In this document: piece by piece, positions 47,701-55,600 of the stretch | How the letters are laid out: each line of letters opens with the position of its first letter | Numbering within the stretch: the first letter of the stretch is position 1 | Assembly: GCA_043732185.1 (NCBI GenBank) | Contig: JAYTHY010000046.1 | Location: forward strand, 1-64,000 | Length of the DNA: 64,000 bases | Reading direction: 5' to 3' | From: Fibrobacteria bacterium | GTDB taxonomy: Bacteria; Fibrobacterota; Fibrobacteria; UBA11236 | Notes under the pieces: generated by a model | What the model was told of the DNA's origin: nothing | Database searches by the model: none | Seen by the model: the letters and a program-made list of their open reading frames with translations, nothing else | Position numbers and translations under genes: made by a program

Positions 47701-49959
47701 GTGTTTAACGCCGTTGAATTTAAAGGTGATTTTTCCGGCAGCATCCATGGCGTTGTCTTTAAGAGGCGCAACCAGGTTGATGGGCTGAGCTTGAACGATT
47801 CCGAAATCCTTCGTATCCACAGCCTTGTCGTAATCCGCACGATTGGTTTGTTTGGAAGGCGAAATAATGGAAGTGACCAGCCATTTGGCGCCGTCAAAAA
47901 CCAAGGTGAACTTCAAAATTTGGAAGCTGGTATCGATCAATGAACCTGCACAAGCCTGGTGCATATCCCCGAAGTTGAGGCGGTTGTATTTCCGATAATC
48001 AATCATTTTGACAGCCAGTTTTGCAGTGTCTTTGACAATGCTTACACCCGGGTCAACATGGAATTCGGATTTGTTGTCAAGCTTAACGGCTTCCAGAACC
48101 ACGGTGGAAGTTTGGCGCAACATATCGCCCATAAAGCGCATGTCTCCACGCGCAGCGTCCATGTTGACAGGACCAAAGAACTTGGTCATGTCAGGTCCAA
48201 AACCGTATTTCTTGCCTTTGTACGTGAATCGAGGTCCGGTGGGATCCCAAGTCAAGTCAGTGGCTTTGATATCGACTTTATCTAGTGTATAGGCTCGGGG
48301 CGTTTGGCCCGGGGAGACAAACGCATCTACCCAAATCTGGTCGGCCGCGAGACCACCTTCAGCACCCACCTTCCAACGATTGATATTGGCGCCATCCTTA
48401 CACGCATCCGTGGAATTGTCGAAAACGGGGCCAGGGAAGCCAGCGGACATGGCTTGACTTTCTCCCACGTCCTTGCGAATCATATCCAAAAATTCGGTTT
48501 TGGATTTCATGGTTCCATCATCCGAGTACATACGGAAATTGGCATGGAACGCGGCGCCAAATCGGCCCACATCACCGGCTAAATAGGCATCAAAAGCACC
48601 TTCCACGGCCAGAGCCACTTGCTTGGCCCTGCCAGTATCCGCCGATGCTGCGCCTTCAAAATCCTTGACAGTAAACGAAAAGGCCTCTTCCTTGGCTAAG
48701 GCCGAACCGGCCAAATCCATGACCGTAACAGGCAGGGTAATGGTATATGTCTTGCCAACCGCCAGGGGAAGTTTATGGATGAATACAGCTCGGGCGCCGG
48801 AGACTTCAAAATAACCGGTTACCGCTGGTTCAATTTTCGCATTTTTCAAAATGGAAAAAGCTTCTACAGGCCGGCTGAAACTCACACCAGGATTCTGGAT
48901 GGGCTTGATGCTACCGGAATTTTCCGGAAACGTGGATGTTACGGCAAAGGGAACTGCTGCCAAAGATGCGCTAGCTACTGTAACAAAGGTTGCTTTGTAT
49001 TCCTTATCCAATGGATTTTTGGCCAAATCTTTCATGTTGACTGGAATGATCAATCCGTATTGAACACCCGTTGCCAAAGTAGGCAGGGTCAAAGTCAGTT
49101 CTTTGCTATCCCCGCTCCAGCTCATGGCAACATCTTTGACGGTGTCGGCCAATACCATGGATGTCGACGTATTACTGGTATCAATTTTACCTATGATCAC
49201 TCGCTTGGAGCTGGTAGAGTCTCGGCTCATGGGCTCGGAGAAGGTGATGTTGAGTTTGGCACCTTTATCGGCGACAGAGCCAACCAGGAAGATTCCGTCG
49301 GCATTGGCAGTAGTCGCATCATACACTCCGGATACCGAAGGCGCAGTCACGTCTTCAATGGCAATGGCCGTATCCATTTTAAGGGCCGTGTCAGCCATGG
49401 GATTCATATTTGGAATGGAGGTCGTTACCAGTTGAAAGGTTTCCAAATCCAAATACACGGCAAAGCCGAAATACTTTCCCGCTGGAAGAACTGCCACATA
49501 CGAACCGGTCGAGTCCGTGGTGAGTTTGGCATCCGGCAGGGTGGTTGGCTTCAAGGAATTGAAAACCAAAATGGTTGCGCCCGTAAGTGGGATTTCCGTC
49601 TTGGTGAGCAGCCGGCGCTCGCCGGCAGCATTACTGGCTTGCTTCAGCAAACCAGAAGCGATGGACTTGCTTTCACCAGTCAGAAAACCGGTGACCACGC
49701 CCAGGCCCTTGCCCTTATTGGCCTTGACGAGTGAATCTAGAGCCGTAGCCACAGCCTTGACTTCCGGTTTGTTGGGATCCGTGGGCACCACAATCTTTGC
49801 CTTACCACCTTTGGCCGAACAGCCAAAGAATGCCATGGACAAAGCGCATAGCGCCATGACCAGGGTAATTTTGTTGAATCGGAATCCATTTAAATCGATT
49901 CCAGCCCTTGTAAACATTGCCTTTAAGTGATTTGATTCGAGCATTTTCGAGTTCTCCAT
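44776..49959 (-). CDS. 1727-aa surface lipoprotein: Ig-like domains, SnoaL-like segment, Ca-binding DxDxDG repeats, Cys-Pro repeats
   Basis: Lipobox FFGC; ITFSEPM, DLA.N.L, SFS.PV (Big_5-like); DMDQDGVPD, DTDGDGLAD, DSDSDGFPD; 12 PVCDPTKGPCG-type repeats. Confidence 0.85.
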   Translation of the reverse strand: MENSKMLESNHLKAMFTRAGIDLNGFRFNKITLVMALCALSMAFFGCSAKGGKAKIVVPTDPNKPEVKAVATALDSLVKANKGKGLGVVTGFLTGESKSIASGLLKQASNAAGERRLLTKTEIPLTGATILVFNSLKPTTLPDAKLTTDSTGSYVAVLPAGKYFGFAVYLDLETFQLVTTSIPNMNPMADTALKMDTAIAIEDVTAPSVSGVYDATTANADGIFLVGSVADKGAKLNITFSEPMSRDSTSSKRVIIGKIDTSNTSTSMVLADTVKDVAMSWSGDSKELTLTLPTLATGVQYGLIIPVNMKDLAKNPLDKEYKATFVTVASASLAAVPFAVTSTFPENSGSIKPIQNPGVSFSRPVEAFSILKNAKIEPAVTGYFEVSGARAVFIHKLPLAVGKTYTITLPVTVMDLAGSALAKEEAFSFTVKDFEGAASADTGRAKQVALAVEGAFDAYLAGDVGRFGAAFHANFRMYSDDGTMKSKTEFLDMIRKDVGESQAMSAGFPGPVFDNSTDACKDGANINRWKVGAEGGLAADQIWVDAFVSPGQTPRAYTLDKVDIKATDLTWDPTGPRFTYKGKKYGFGPDMTKFFGPVNMDAARGDMRFMGDMLRQTSTVVLEAVKLDNKSEFHVDPGVSIVKDTAKLAVKMIDYRKYNRLNFGDMHQACAGSLIDTSFQILKFTLVFDGAKWLVTSIISPSKQTNRADYDKAVDTKDFGIVQAQPINLVAPLKDNAMDAAGKITFKFNGVKHDSVGGYIVGLAEDPKFCFGRPPYGALIFVKASNKTGLPESFVLNSAGGVEGTNASMILRRAQDLKLPGWERTMYENAITKVVDVATGFGGVYNWKVIAIKDTSAVQFLASGFNPSRFYGESDFGTVRGYFACKTFPQGDVAFNQLQNNQQQFVNAQPGMNTGSSFGDMDQDGVPDQMEIKYKTNPNDRNSVPDFRVDTDGDGLADFLEAMLDPKGTDSLIFKKADAVGVKGEITKLVGLGIIWVDSDSDGFPDEIEMMSGFNPMDAKSNPGTRARASAPVGVFAGKFQMGPNLNSISFKLYTDTLKLMWVTYSAVIGMDTLADTVRTLFDEMSGEVRVPVTLSKTGPDAGRALLLRGHYDPNQSLMMGPVDMITAVPKTSTNFGSGPYVGQFAASGRGEDVTRFLPGTGGGSVTGGIINPINNPQPMTISYRLPPSGVKEGSLITFTKGTVTLVDDFGDTLAVVDNLMFRSQPDGSFEFQGEKRVTVGTSFKRSEVGGKILYDGKDSWIVDGHFFQESDSAGIHKSYPGQINAKALKAEMTPSPDGITGVMKGWIAQDKTGAGFVMQPGTNPTPCDPLKGPCNPTPVCDPTKGPCGPAPVCDPAKGCITNPNPNPGTSFSKPFMGGTTSFKVYLEKAMVKADDYFYVSLAGRIYRVKYDSINVQNAKMGLCGQVVLTPVTLAPRDGSDSSKFIHQSDSLSLPMVKGTIFVLMEDQFTPGMPQRIDKARDSYGDIRYSVFVVEMRLMSAEYFTSMSCPSNIGPLPVCDPAKGPCGPAPVCDPTKGTCPAPVCDPTKGPCGPAPVCDPLVQSCPAPVCDPTKGPCGPAPVCDPTKGPCGPAPVCDPTKGPCGPAPVCDPTKAVCGPAPVCDPTKAVCGPVPPDSTKPQPYKGSIDKIAPALAFKANMVKVMTPTGLLDAKVDASTVMTDGIIATVRDAAVPTKTYVFLGDKMDPTLPMLTPNNDIVVIEKGPVAGL
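45069..45414 (-). repeat. Coding tandem repeat, 36-39 bp x9 (APVCDPTKGPCGP)
   Basis: 45069-45107 and 45108-45146 are identical 39-mers; the other copies differ mostly at synonymous sites. Confidence 0.95.
45879..45984 (-). repeat. Second block of the same Cys-Pro repeat, x3
   Basis: PCDPLKGPCNP TPVCDPTKGPCGP APVCDPAKGC. Confidence 0.9.
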
Positions 49960-50283
49960 TTAGTTGTTCCTTGACCTAGGAATCCCTAATAGCCAAATCG
50001 ATTTTAGAGGGTGGTAAAAGAATCGGCAAGAATATTTCCGATTCCTTGGCGTGCCAAAGGACATACTGGCCTAGCGCAGGAAGCTATGTCGGAGTGGAAT
50101 CGCAAATTACTGTTTTTACTCTTGACATCGAAAAAGCTCAAGCCCTGCATGGACTTATATCAACTGCGGGTGGGCTTTAACGCGGTCTGGTCATTATTGC
50201 TAATTTCGATCTTGCACTTTTTTGAGACTGTCTCAGAAAAAATTGCACACATTCATAAGTACACGGGGAAGCGGGAAAATTAG

Positions 50284-51165
50284 ATGACAGTTCAAAGTAT
50301 GACCGGGTTTGGCAAAGCCGAAATCGTGGGTGAGGGCTACACGGCTACTGTAGAGCTGAAATCCGTCAACAATCGTTTTTTGGAATTCCAGGTCCGCACG
50401 TCCAAAAATATTCTTGCACTCGAATCCAAATTGAAACAGGATTTGGGAAAACACATCTCACGGGGCAGCATTTCCTGTCATATCCAATATGACAGTGTTG
50501 GTCCAGGTAGCGCCGGAGTTGCGCTCAATGAATCGGTGTTCAGCGCCTATGCCCTGCTGATTAAAACAGCACAAAGCAGATTGGGCCCAACGGCCGTTGT
50601 TAACATTTCCGACCTGTTGAAACTCCCGGACATCATCAGCGCTTCAGAAACGGCGGAACCTTTAGCCTTGATCTCTGAACGTATTTTTCCCGTATTCAAA
50701 AAGGCCTGCTTGGATTTGGTCGCCATGCGAGAAAAGGAAGGCCAAGTGCTTGCGGAAGATATGCGAACGCGCATCAACGCCTTTTTCCCCGGGCTTGATA
50801 CGGTGAAAAGCCTGGTCCCGCAGCGCCAGAAAGAACATGTAGCCAAACTCCGCGCCCGCGTGCAAGACCTGATCGGCGGTGCGACCCTTTCCGAGGATAG
50901 GATGATTACGGAAATTGGTCTCATGGCGGAACGCCTTGACGTTACGGAGGAAATCGTCCGATTGGAAGCCCATTTACATCATTTCCTGGATACCTTGACC
51001 AGCCATAAAGGACCGGGCAAACGATTGGGCTTTTTGTTGCAGGAAATGTTACGCGAGGTAAATACCATGGGAACCAAAAGTCAATTTTCCGATATGCAGC
51101 ACCTGTGCGTTTCTTGGAAAGAAGAATTGGAAATTATCCGGGAACAAATTCAGAATATCGAATAA
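50284..51165 (+). CDS. yicC: YicC/YloC family endoribonuclease
   Basis: SMTGFG, ELKSVN.RFLE, MREKEG, DVTEEIVRL..H, GKRL.FLLQEM.RE.NT.G.K, REQIQNIE. Confidence 0.95.
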   Translation: MTVQSMTGFGKAEIVGEGYTATVELKSVNNRFLEFQVRTSKNILALESKLKQDLGKHISRGSISCHIQYDSVGPGSAGVALNESVFSAYALLIKTAQSRLGPTAVVNISDLLKLPDIISASETAEPLALISERIFPVFKKACLDLVAMREKEGQVLAEDMRTRINAFFPGLDTVKSLVPQRQKEHVAKLRARVQDLIGGATLSEDRMITEIGLMAERLDVTEEIVRLEAHLHHFLDTLTSHKGPGKRLGFLLQEMLREVNTMGTKSQFSDMQHLCVSWKEELEIIREQIQNIE

Positions 51166-51208
51166 CCCCAGCCGCTGCGACTGGACAACCCAGCAGCCGT
51201 GACGGGAA

Positions 51209-51580
51209 TTAAACGCTGGGAACGATGCTGGTTTTAATGTCCAGCGTCGTTCCGTATTCCGATTTGAGTTGCCGGTGCACTTCTTCCAATGAAAGCGGTG
51301 TGGTAATCAAATCGATTTCCAACTCTTCGGCACGCTTAATTTCCTTGGGCTTGGGCAGGTGACCATTGGAAAAAACGATGGCGGTGATATCCACTTCCTC
51401 TGCAACTTCCATCAAACGAATATGGACCAAGTTTGTGACGAGCATTATATTGGTCAGATCATCGGTAAGTTCATTCAGTGCTGAACCGACATAAACCAAA
51501 TCCACGGAATCGTGAATCAATTCTGCATTTACCAAGGTTCCCTTTATTGTGTCGATCATGGACCGCAAATCCGCTTGCAT
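51209..51580 (-). CDS. DRTGG-domain-like protein
   Basis: MLVTNL......VAE..DI.AIVFSNG..P......AEE..I.LITT. Confidence 0.7.
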   Translation of the reverse strand: MQADLRSMIDTIKGTLVNAELIHDSVDLVYVGSALNELTDDLTNIMLVTNLVHIRLMEVAEEVDITAIVFSNGHLPKPKEIKRAEELEIDLITTPLSLEEVHRQLKSEYGTTLDIKTSIVPSV

Positions 51581-51816
51581 ATCGTTCAGCCTCTGCCTTT
51601 TCCTAAAATTTAAATCTCAACCCCAAAAACTAATTACACACTGTGCCTTCCGCATTCCTTTGTTGCAGGAAATTCTTAAGAACCCATAAAAAAAGCGGGT
51701 TAACTGGGATTTGCCCCGCTGCCAAATTTCGGTTACATTTCCAATTCCATCCTTATAAACCAGCCCCTGGCTTAGGATTAGAGGATATCACGACATTTGG
51801 AATCGGGGTGCTATAG

Positions 51817-52779
51817 TTGTTCTCCATCAATCTTCCTGCCACAGACGCTGAAAAAATTGAGCTCGCCGGGGAAGGCGAGAAAAATTTCATCCACCTTGAA
51901 CGCACCTACCAAGTCAAACTATTGACGCGAAATCCTGGAATAACCATCCAGGCCGAGACGGAAACAGCGGTTAGCGATGCACGCGAAGGCTTAGAAAGAC
52001 TACGCAATGCCCTGCGCACCGGCCATCAGTTAACGGACTTCTATGTTCAAGAAATGCTGGGCGGCAGTTCCACCGGGGACGGCAAAAAAGGTGATTTCAC
52101 ACCGCATTTGGAAAAGCCGATTTTAATCGACCGGTTTGGCAATCCTGTGCAGCCTAAGACTCGCGGCCAAGCCAGATTCATCAACGTCATCAAGAAACAC
52201 GATATCGTATTGGCAGGCGGACCTGCGGGCACGGGCAAGACCTTTTTGGCCGTAGCTATGGCTGTCCAGGCCCTGGAAAAGAAACTGGTTGAGCGCATTA
52301 TTCTGGTGCGCCCAGCCGTTGAATCAGGTGAAAGCCTCGGATTTCTACCCGGTATGGTCAATGATAAGATTGGTCCGTACATGCGCCCTTTGTATGATTC
52401 CCTGAGCGTCATGCTCTCACCTGAGCGCCTTAAAGAATACTGGGACGGCAACTCCATTGAAATTGCGCCTTTGGCCTACATGCGGGGACGCACTTTGGGG
52501 AAAAGCTTTATCATTCTCGATGAAGCCCAGAACACCTCCATCTCGCAGATGAAAATGTTTCTGACTCGAATTGGCTTGGGCAGCAAAGCGGTTCTCACCG
52601 GGGATGAAACTCAGGTTGACCTCGGCCAATTTGAGAAATCCGGATTCGCACATGCTCGTAAGATTTTAACCGGTATCGAAGGAATTGGCCAAATTGAGTT
52701 GACCGTGGAAGACGTGGTTCGGCACCGCCTGGTCCGAGATATCATAAAAGCCTATGAGAAATCCGGCTTTCCAGCTTAG
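51817..52779 (+). CDS. phoH: PhoH family ATPase
   Basis: GPAGTGKTFLA, RPAVE.GE.LGFLPG, EIAPLAYMRGRTL, ILDEAQN, DVVRH.LV. Confidence 0.95.
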   Translation: MFSINLPATDAEKIELAGEGEKNFIHLERTYQVKLLTRNPGITIQAETETAVSDAREGLERLRNALRTGHQLTDFYVQEMLGGSSTGDGKKGDFTPHLEKPILIDRFGNPVQPKTRGQARFINVIKKHDIVLAGGPAGTGKTFLAVAMAVQALEKKLVERIILVRPAVESGESLGFLPGMVNDKIGPYMRPLYDSLSVMLSPERLKEYWDGNSIEIAPLAYMRGRTLGKSFIILDEAQNTSISQMKMFLTRIGLGSKAVLTGDETQVDLGQFEKSGFAHARKILTGIEGIGQIELTVEDVVRHRLVRDIIKAYEKSGFPA

Positions 52780-52881
52780 TGAAAAGTTTTCAGGTGAAAT
52801 TGTCGGCCTAACCTTGAATTGGTCACGTTTCTAACCTATTTTACCTGCTCCCTAGAAGGAAATGGACCCGGAAAAGCGTCA

Positions 52882-53085
52882 ATGAAAGACTTTTTTAGCA
52901 ATAAAAACCGAATCATCATCCTGTCTGGGGCTTTGTTGCTGATCCTTGGTTTTTACCTTTTGGGAAGAGGCCCTGCAGATAACAAAGTCGCGTTAAATAT
53001 TGCGCCTTTTGTTCTTATGGTCGCTTATGCCCTAGTCCTGCCCATCGGCATACTGATGAACAGAGACAAGGATGGGACGAAGTAA
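52882..53085 (+). CDS. Small two-TM protein (DUF3098-like)
   Basis: F..KN.II...G.....LGF.LL, .L.IAP..L...Y pattern. Confidence 0.7.
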   Translation: MKDFFSNKNRIIILSGALLLILGFYLLGRGPADNKVALNIAPFVLMVAYALVLPIGILMNRDKDGTK

Positions 53086-53097
53086 GGCTTAGGTTTA

Positions 53098-53175
53098 GGG
53101 CGTTTAGCTCAGTTGGTTTAGAGCATCTGCTTTACACGCAGAGGGTCGGGGGTTCAAATCCCTCAACGCCCACCA
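53098..53175 (+). tRNA. tRNA-Val(TAC)
   Basis: GGGCGTTTAGCTCAG...TCTGC-TTTACAC-GCAGA...GGTTCAAATCC...AACGCCCACCA. Confidence 0.97.
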
Positions 53176-53183
53176 GCTGGCCC

Positions 53184-53260
53184 GGAGTGGTAGCTCAATT
53201 GGTTAGAGTACTAGCCTGTCACGCTAGGGGTTGCGGGTTCAAGTCCCGTCCATTCCGCCA
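53184..53260 (+). tRNA. tRNA-Asp(GTC)
   Basis: GGAGTGGTAGCTCAA...CTAGC-CTGTCAC-GCTAG...GGTTCAAGTCC...CATTCCGCCA. Confidence 0.97.
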
Positions 53261-53362
53261 TCTTAACCAACCTGGGGTGGGTCTTCTCTGAAAAGGGAAG
53301 ACCCACTGCCACGGTTGGGAATTTTTCTGGAAAATTCGTCCAAAATGAGGTAGGGTGATCCT

Positions 53363-55600
53363 GTGCCCCTAAAATGCCTGCTATCTCCTTACGAATTATC
53401 GCTACTTGAAAATTGTGCCAGCTTCGATCCCTTTCTGAATCTTGGCTATCATCACGTAGTCCACAACAAGCAAACCATCGGAATCATCAGGGTTTTCAAT
53501 CCACAATTCAAAAAGGTGGAGCTCCTTTGGGATGAAGGCACTGCCGAATGCGGGCTTGTTTCAGGAACGGGTTGCTTCGAATGCCTATTCCCCTCCAAGC
53601 TGGAATTCTTTCCCTATCGTATCCGAGCCACTTTTCAGTCTGGCCAGATTTACGAGTATGAGGATCCCTACTCCATCCTCCCGGTTCTGTCCGACTATGA
53701 CGGCTATCTATTTGCGAAAGGAACCCATTACCAAATCTGGAAAAAAATGGGAGCCAACCCGATAACCCATCAGGGGCAGGCTGGTGTGCATTTTGCCGTT
53801 TGGGCACCAAATGCCAAAGGTGTCGCCGTTATTGGGGATTTCAATGGTTGGAATGGACGCAGCCATATGCTGCGGAAACTTTCTTCGGCCGGTATTTGGG
53901 AAATATTCATTCCAGCCTTAACTCCCGGCCCCAAATACAAATTTCTGATTCACACTCTTGGTGGTGTCTTGGTGGAAAAGATGGATCCCTACGCCAAGGA
54001 AGCGGAGCTTCGACCTAAAACTGCCGCAATTATCACGGACCCTACCCCATATCTATGGCATGATGACGCATGGGCTGCGGAGAGGCCAAACCTACAAAGG
54101 GACAACCAACCCATTTCCGTTTACGAAGTGCATTTGGGATCCTGGCAGAAATCACCTGGTCGGGAGTCCGGTTTTCTCGAATACCATGAATTGGCCGAAA
54201 GGCTTATTCCCTATGCCAAAGGTATGGGTTATACGCATCTCGAGTTGATGCCTATTCAGGAACACCCACTGGATGAAAGTTGGGGCTACCAGGTCCTGGG
54301 TTACTACTCCCCCACCAAACGGTTTGGCACACCTAAAGGCTTCAAAGACTTTGTGGACCGCTGCCATCAAGCTGGCTTAGGCGTTTTGTTGGATTGGGTT
54401 CCAGCCCACTTTCCTTCCGACGAGCACGGGCTGGATTTCTTTGACGGCACGCAATTGTATGCGCATGAAGACCCGCGCAAAGGAAGCCATCCTCAATGGG
54501 GCACGCGCATTTTCAATTACAGTCGGCATGAGGTCAGCAATTTCCTGATTGCCAATGCCCTGTATTGGATGGAAGAGTTTCATATCGACGGACTGCGCGT
54601 AGATGCGGTTGCTTCCATGCTTTATCTGGATTATGCTCGGGAAGACGGCGCTTGGATTCCCAATCCGGACGGCAGCAATACCAACCATGAAGCGGTAGAA
54701 TTCCTTAAACATTTGAACTCGATGATTTTAAAACATTATCCCCATCGACTTATGATCGCTGAAGAAAGTTCTGCTTTTCCAGGCGTCACGCACGACCTTG
54801 ATAAAGGGGGGCTGGGATTTCACTATAAATGGAGCCTGGGCTGGATGAACGACATCCTGGCCTATCTAGCCAAGGATCCGCTATACCGTCGCTATCATCA
54901 AAATTTGTTGACCTTTGAAATGTCCTACGCTTTTTCGGAACGCTTTGCACTGGTCCTTTCGCATGATGAAGTGGTACATGGCAAGGGTTCCTTGCCGAAT
55001 AAAATGCCCGGTGACGATTGGCAAAAATTTGCCAATGTGCGGTCGGCTTTTGCTTATCTCTTCGCGCACCCAGGTAAGAAGCTGCATTTTATGGGATTGG
55101 AATTTGGTCAATACGCGGAATGGAATCCCGGCGTGTCCCTGGACTGGCACCTGCTCCAGCAAGACCGCCATAAAGGGCTACAGAGCTTAGTGCGGGACTT
55201 GAACACCATCTATCGGCAGGAGCCGGCGCTCTATGAACTGGACTCTTCCTATGCCGGGTTTCAATGGGTAGATTTTCAGGACCAGGAAAACAATATCGTT
55301 TCCTTTTTGCGCAAAGGTGAGCACCGTGACGGTGATGAACGTCAGGAATTGATTTTGTGCTTATTCAATTTTAGTCCCGTCCCACGGCATAATTACCGCG
55401 TAGGCGTTCCATTAGAGGGTTTCTACCATGAAATCTTCAATAGCGATTCATTGGTATATGGCGGTGGAAATGTGGGTAATCTGGGTGGCAAACGCACGGT
55501 GACTTCACCTATGCACAACTTTGCACACTCGCTGGAATTGACCGCTCCTCCATTGGCAGCCTGCTTTTTCAAGTTCCAGGGCGACGGTAAAGCTCCTTAG
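53363..55600 (+). CDS. glgB: 1,4-alpha-glucan branching enzyme
   Basis: FAVWAPNA, YEVHLGSW, SWGYQ, DWVPAHFP, DGLRVDAVASMLY, AEES, LSHDEVVHGK. Confidence 0.97.
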   Translation: MPLKCLLSPYELSLLENCASFDPFLNLGYHHVVHNKQTIGIIRVFNPQFKKVELLWDEGTAECGLVSGTGCFECLFPSKLEFFPYRIRATFQSGQIYEYEDPYSILPVLSDYDGYLFAKGTHYQIWKKMGANPITHQGQAGVHFAVWAPNAKGVAVIGDFNGWNGRSHMLRKLSSAGIWEIFIPALTPGPKYKFLIHTLGGVLVEKMDPYAKEAELRPKTAAIITDPTPYLWHDDAWAAERPNLQRDNQPISVYEVHLGSWQKSPGRESGFLEYHELAERLIPYAKGMGYTHLELMPIQEHPLDESWGYQVLGYYSPTKRFGTPKGFKDFVDRCHQAGLGVLLDWVPAHFPSDEHGLDFFDGTQLYAHEDPRKGSHPQWGTRIFNYSRHEVSNFLIANALYWMEEFHIDGLRVDAVASMLYLDYAREDGAWIPNPDGSNTNHEAVEFLKHLNSMILKHYPHRLMIAEESSAFPGVTHDLDKGGLGFHYKWSLGWMNDILAYLAKDPLYRRYHQNLLTFEMSYAFSERFALVLSHDEVVHGKGSLPNKMPGDDWQKFANVRSAFAYLFAHPGKKLHFMGLEFGQYAEWNPGVSLDWHLLQQDRHKGLQSLVRDLNTIYRQEPALYELDSSYAGFQWVDFQDQENNIVSFLRKGEHRDGDERQELILCLFNFSPVPRHNYRVGVPLEGFYHEIFNSDSLVYGGGNVGNLGGKRTVTSPMHNFAHSLELTAPPLAACFFKFQGDGKAP

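Noticed and set aside
45709..49734. Long plus-strand ORFs 45709..46641 and 48775..49734
   Set aside because: Antisense shadows of the large lipoprotein gene with no recognisable motifs.
53098..53320. tRNA-Val/Asp pair as another integration site
   Set aside because: Followed only by a hairpin and glgB; no tRNA 3' duplicate or mobile genes.
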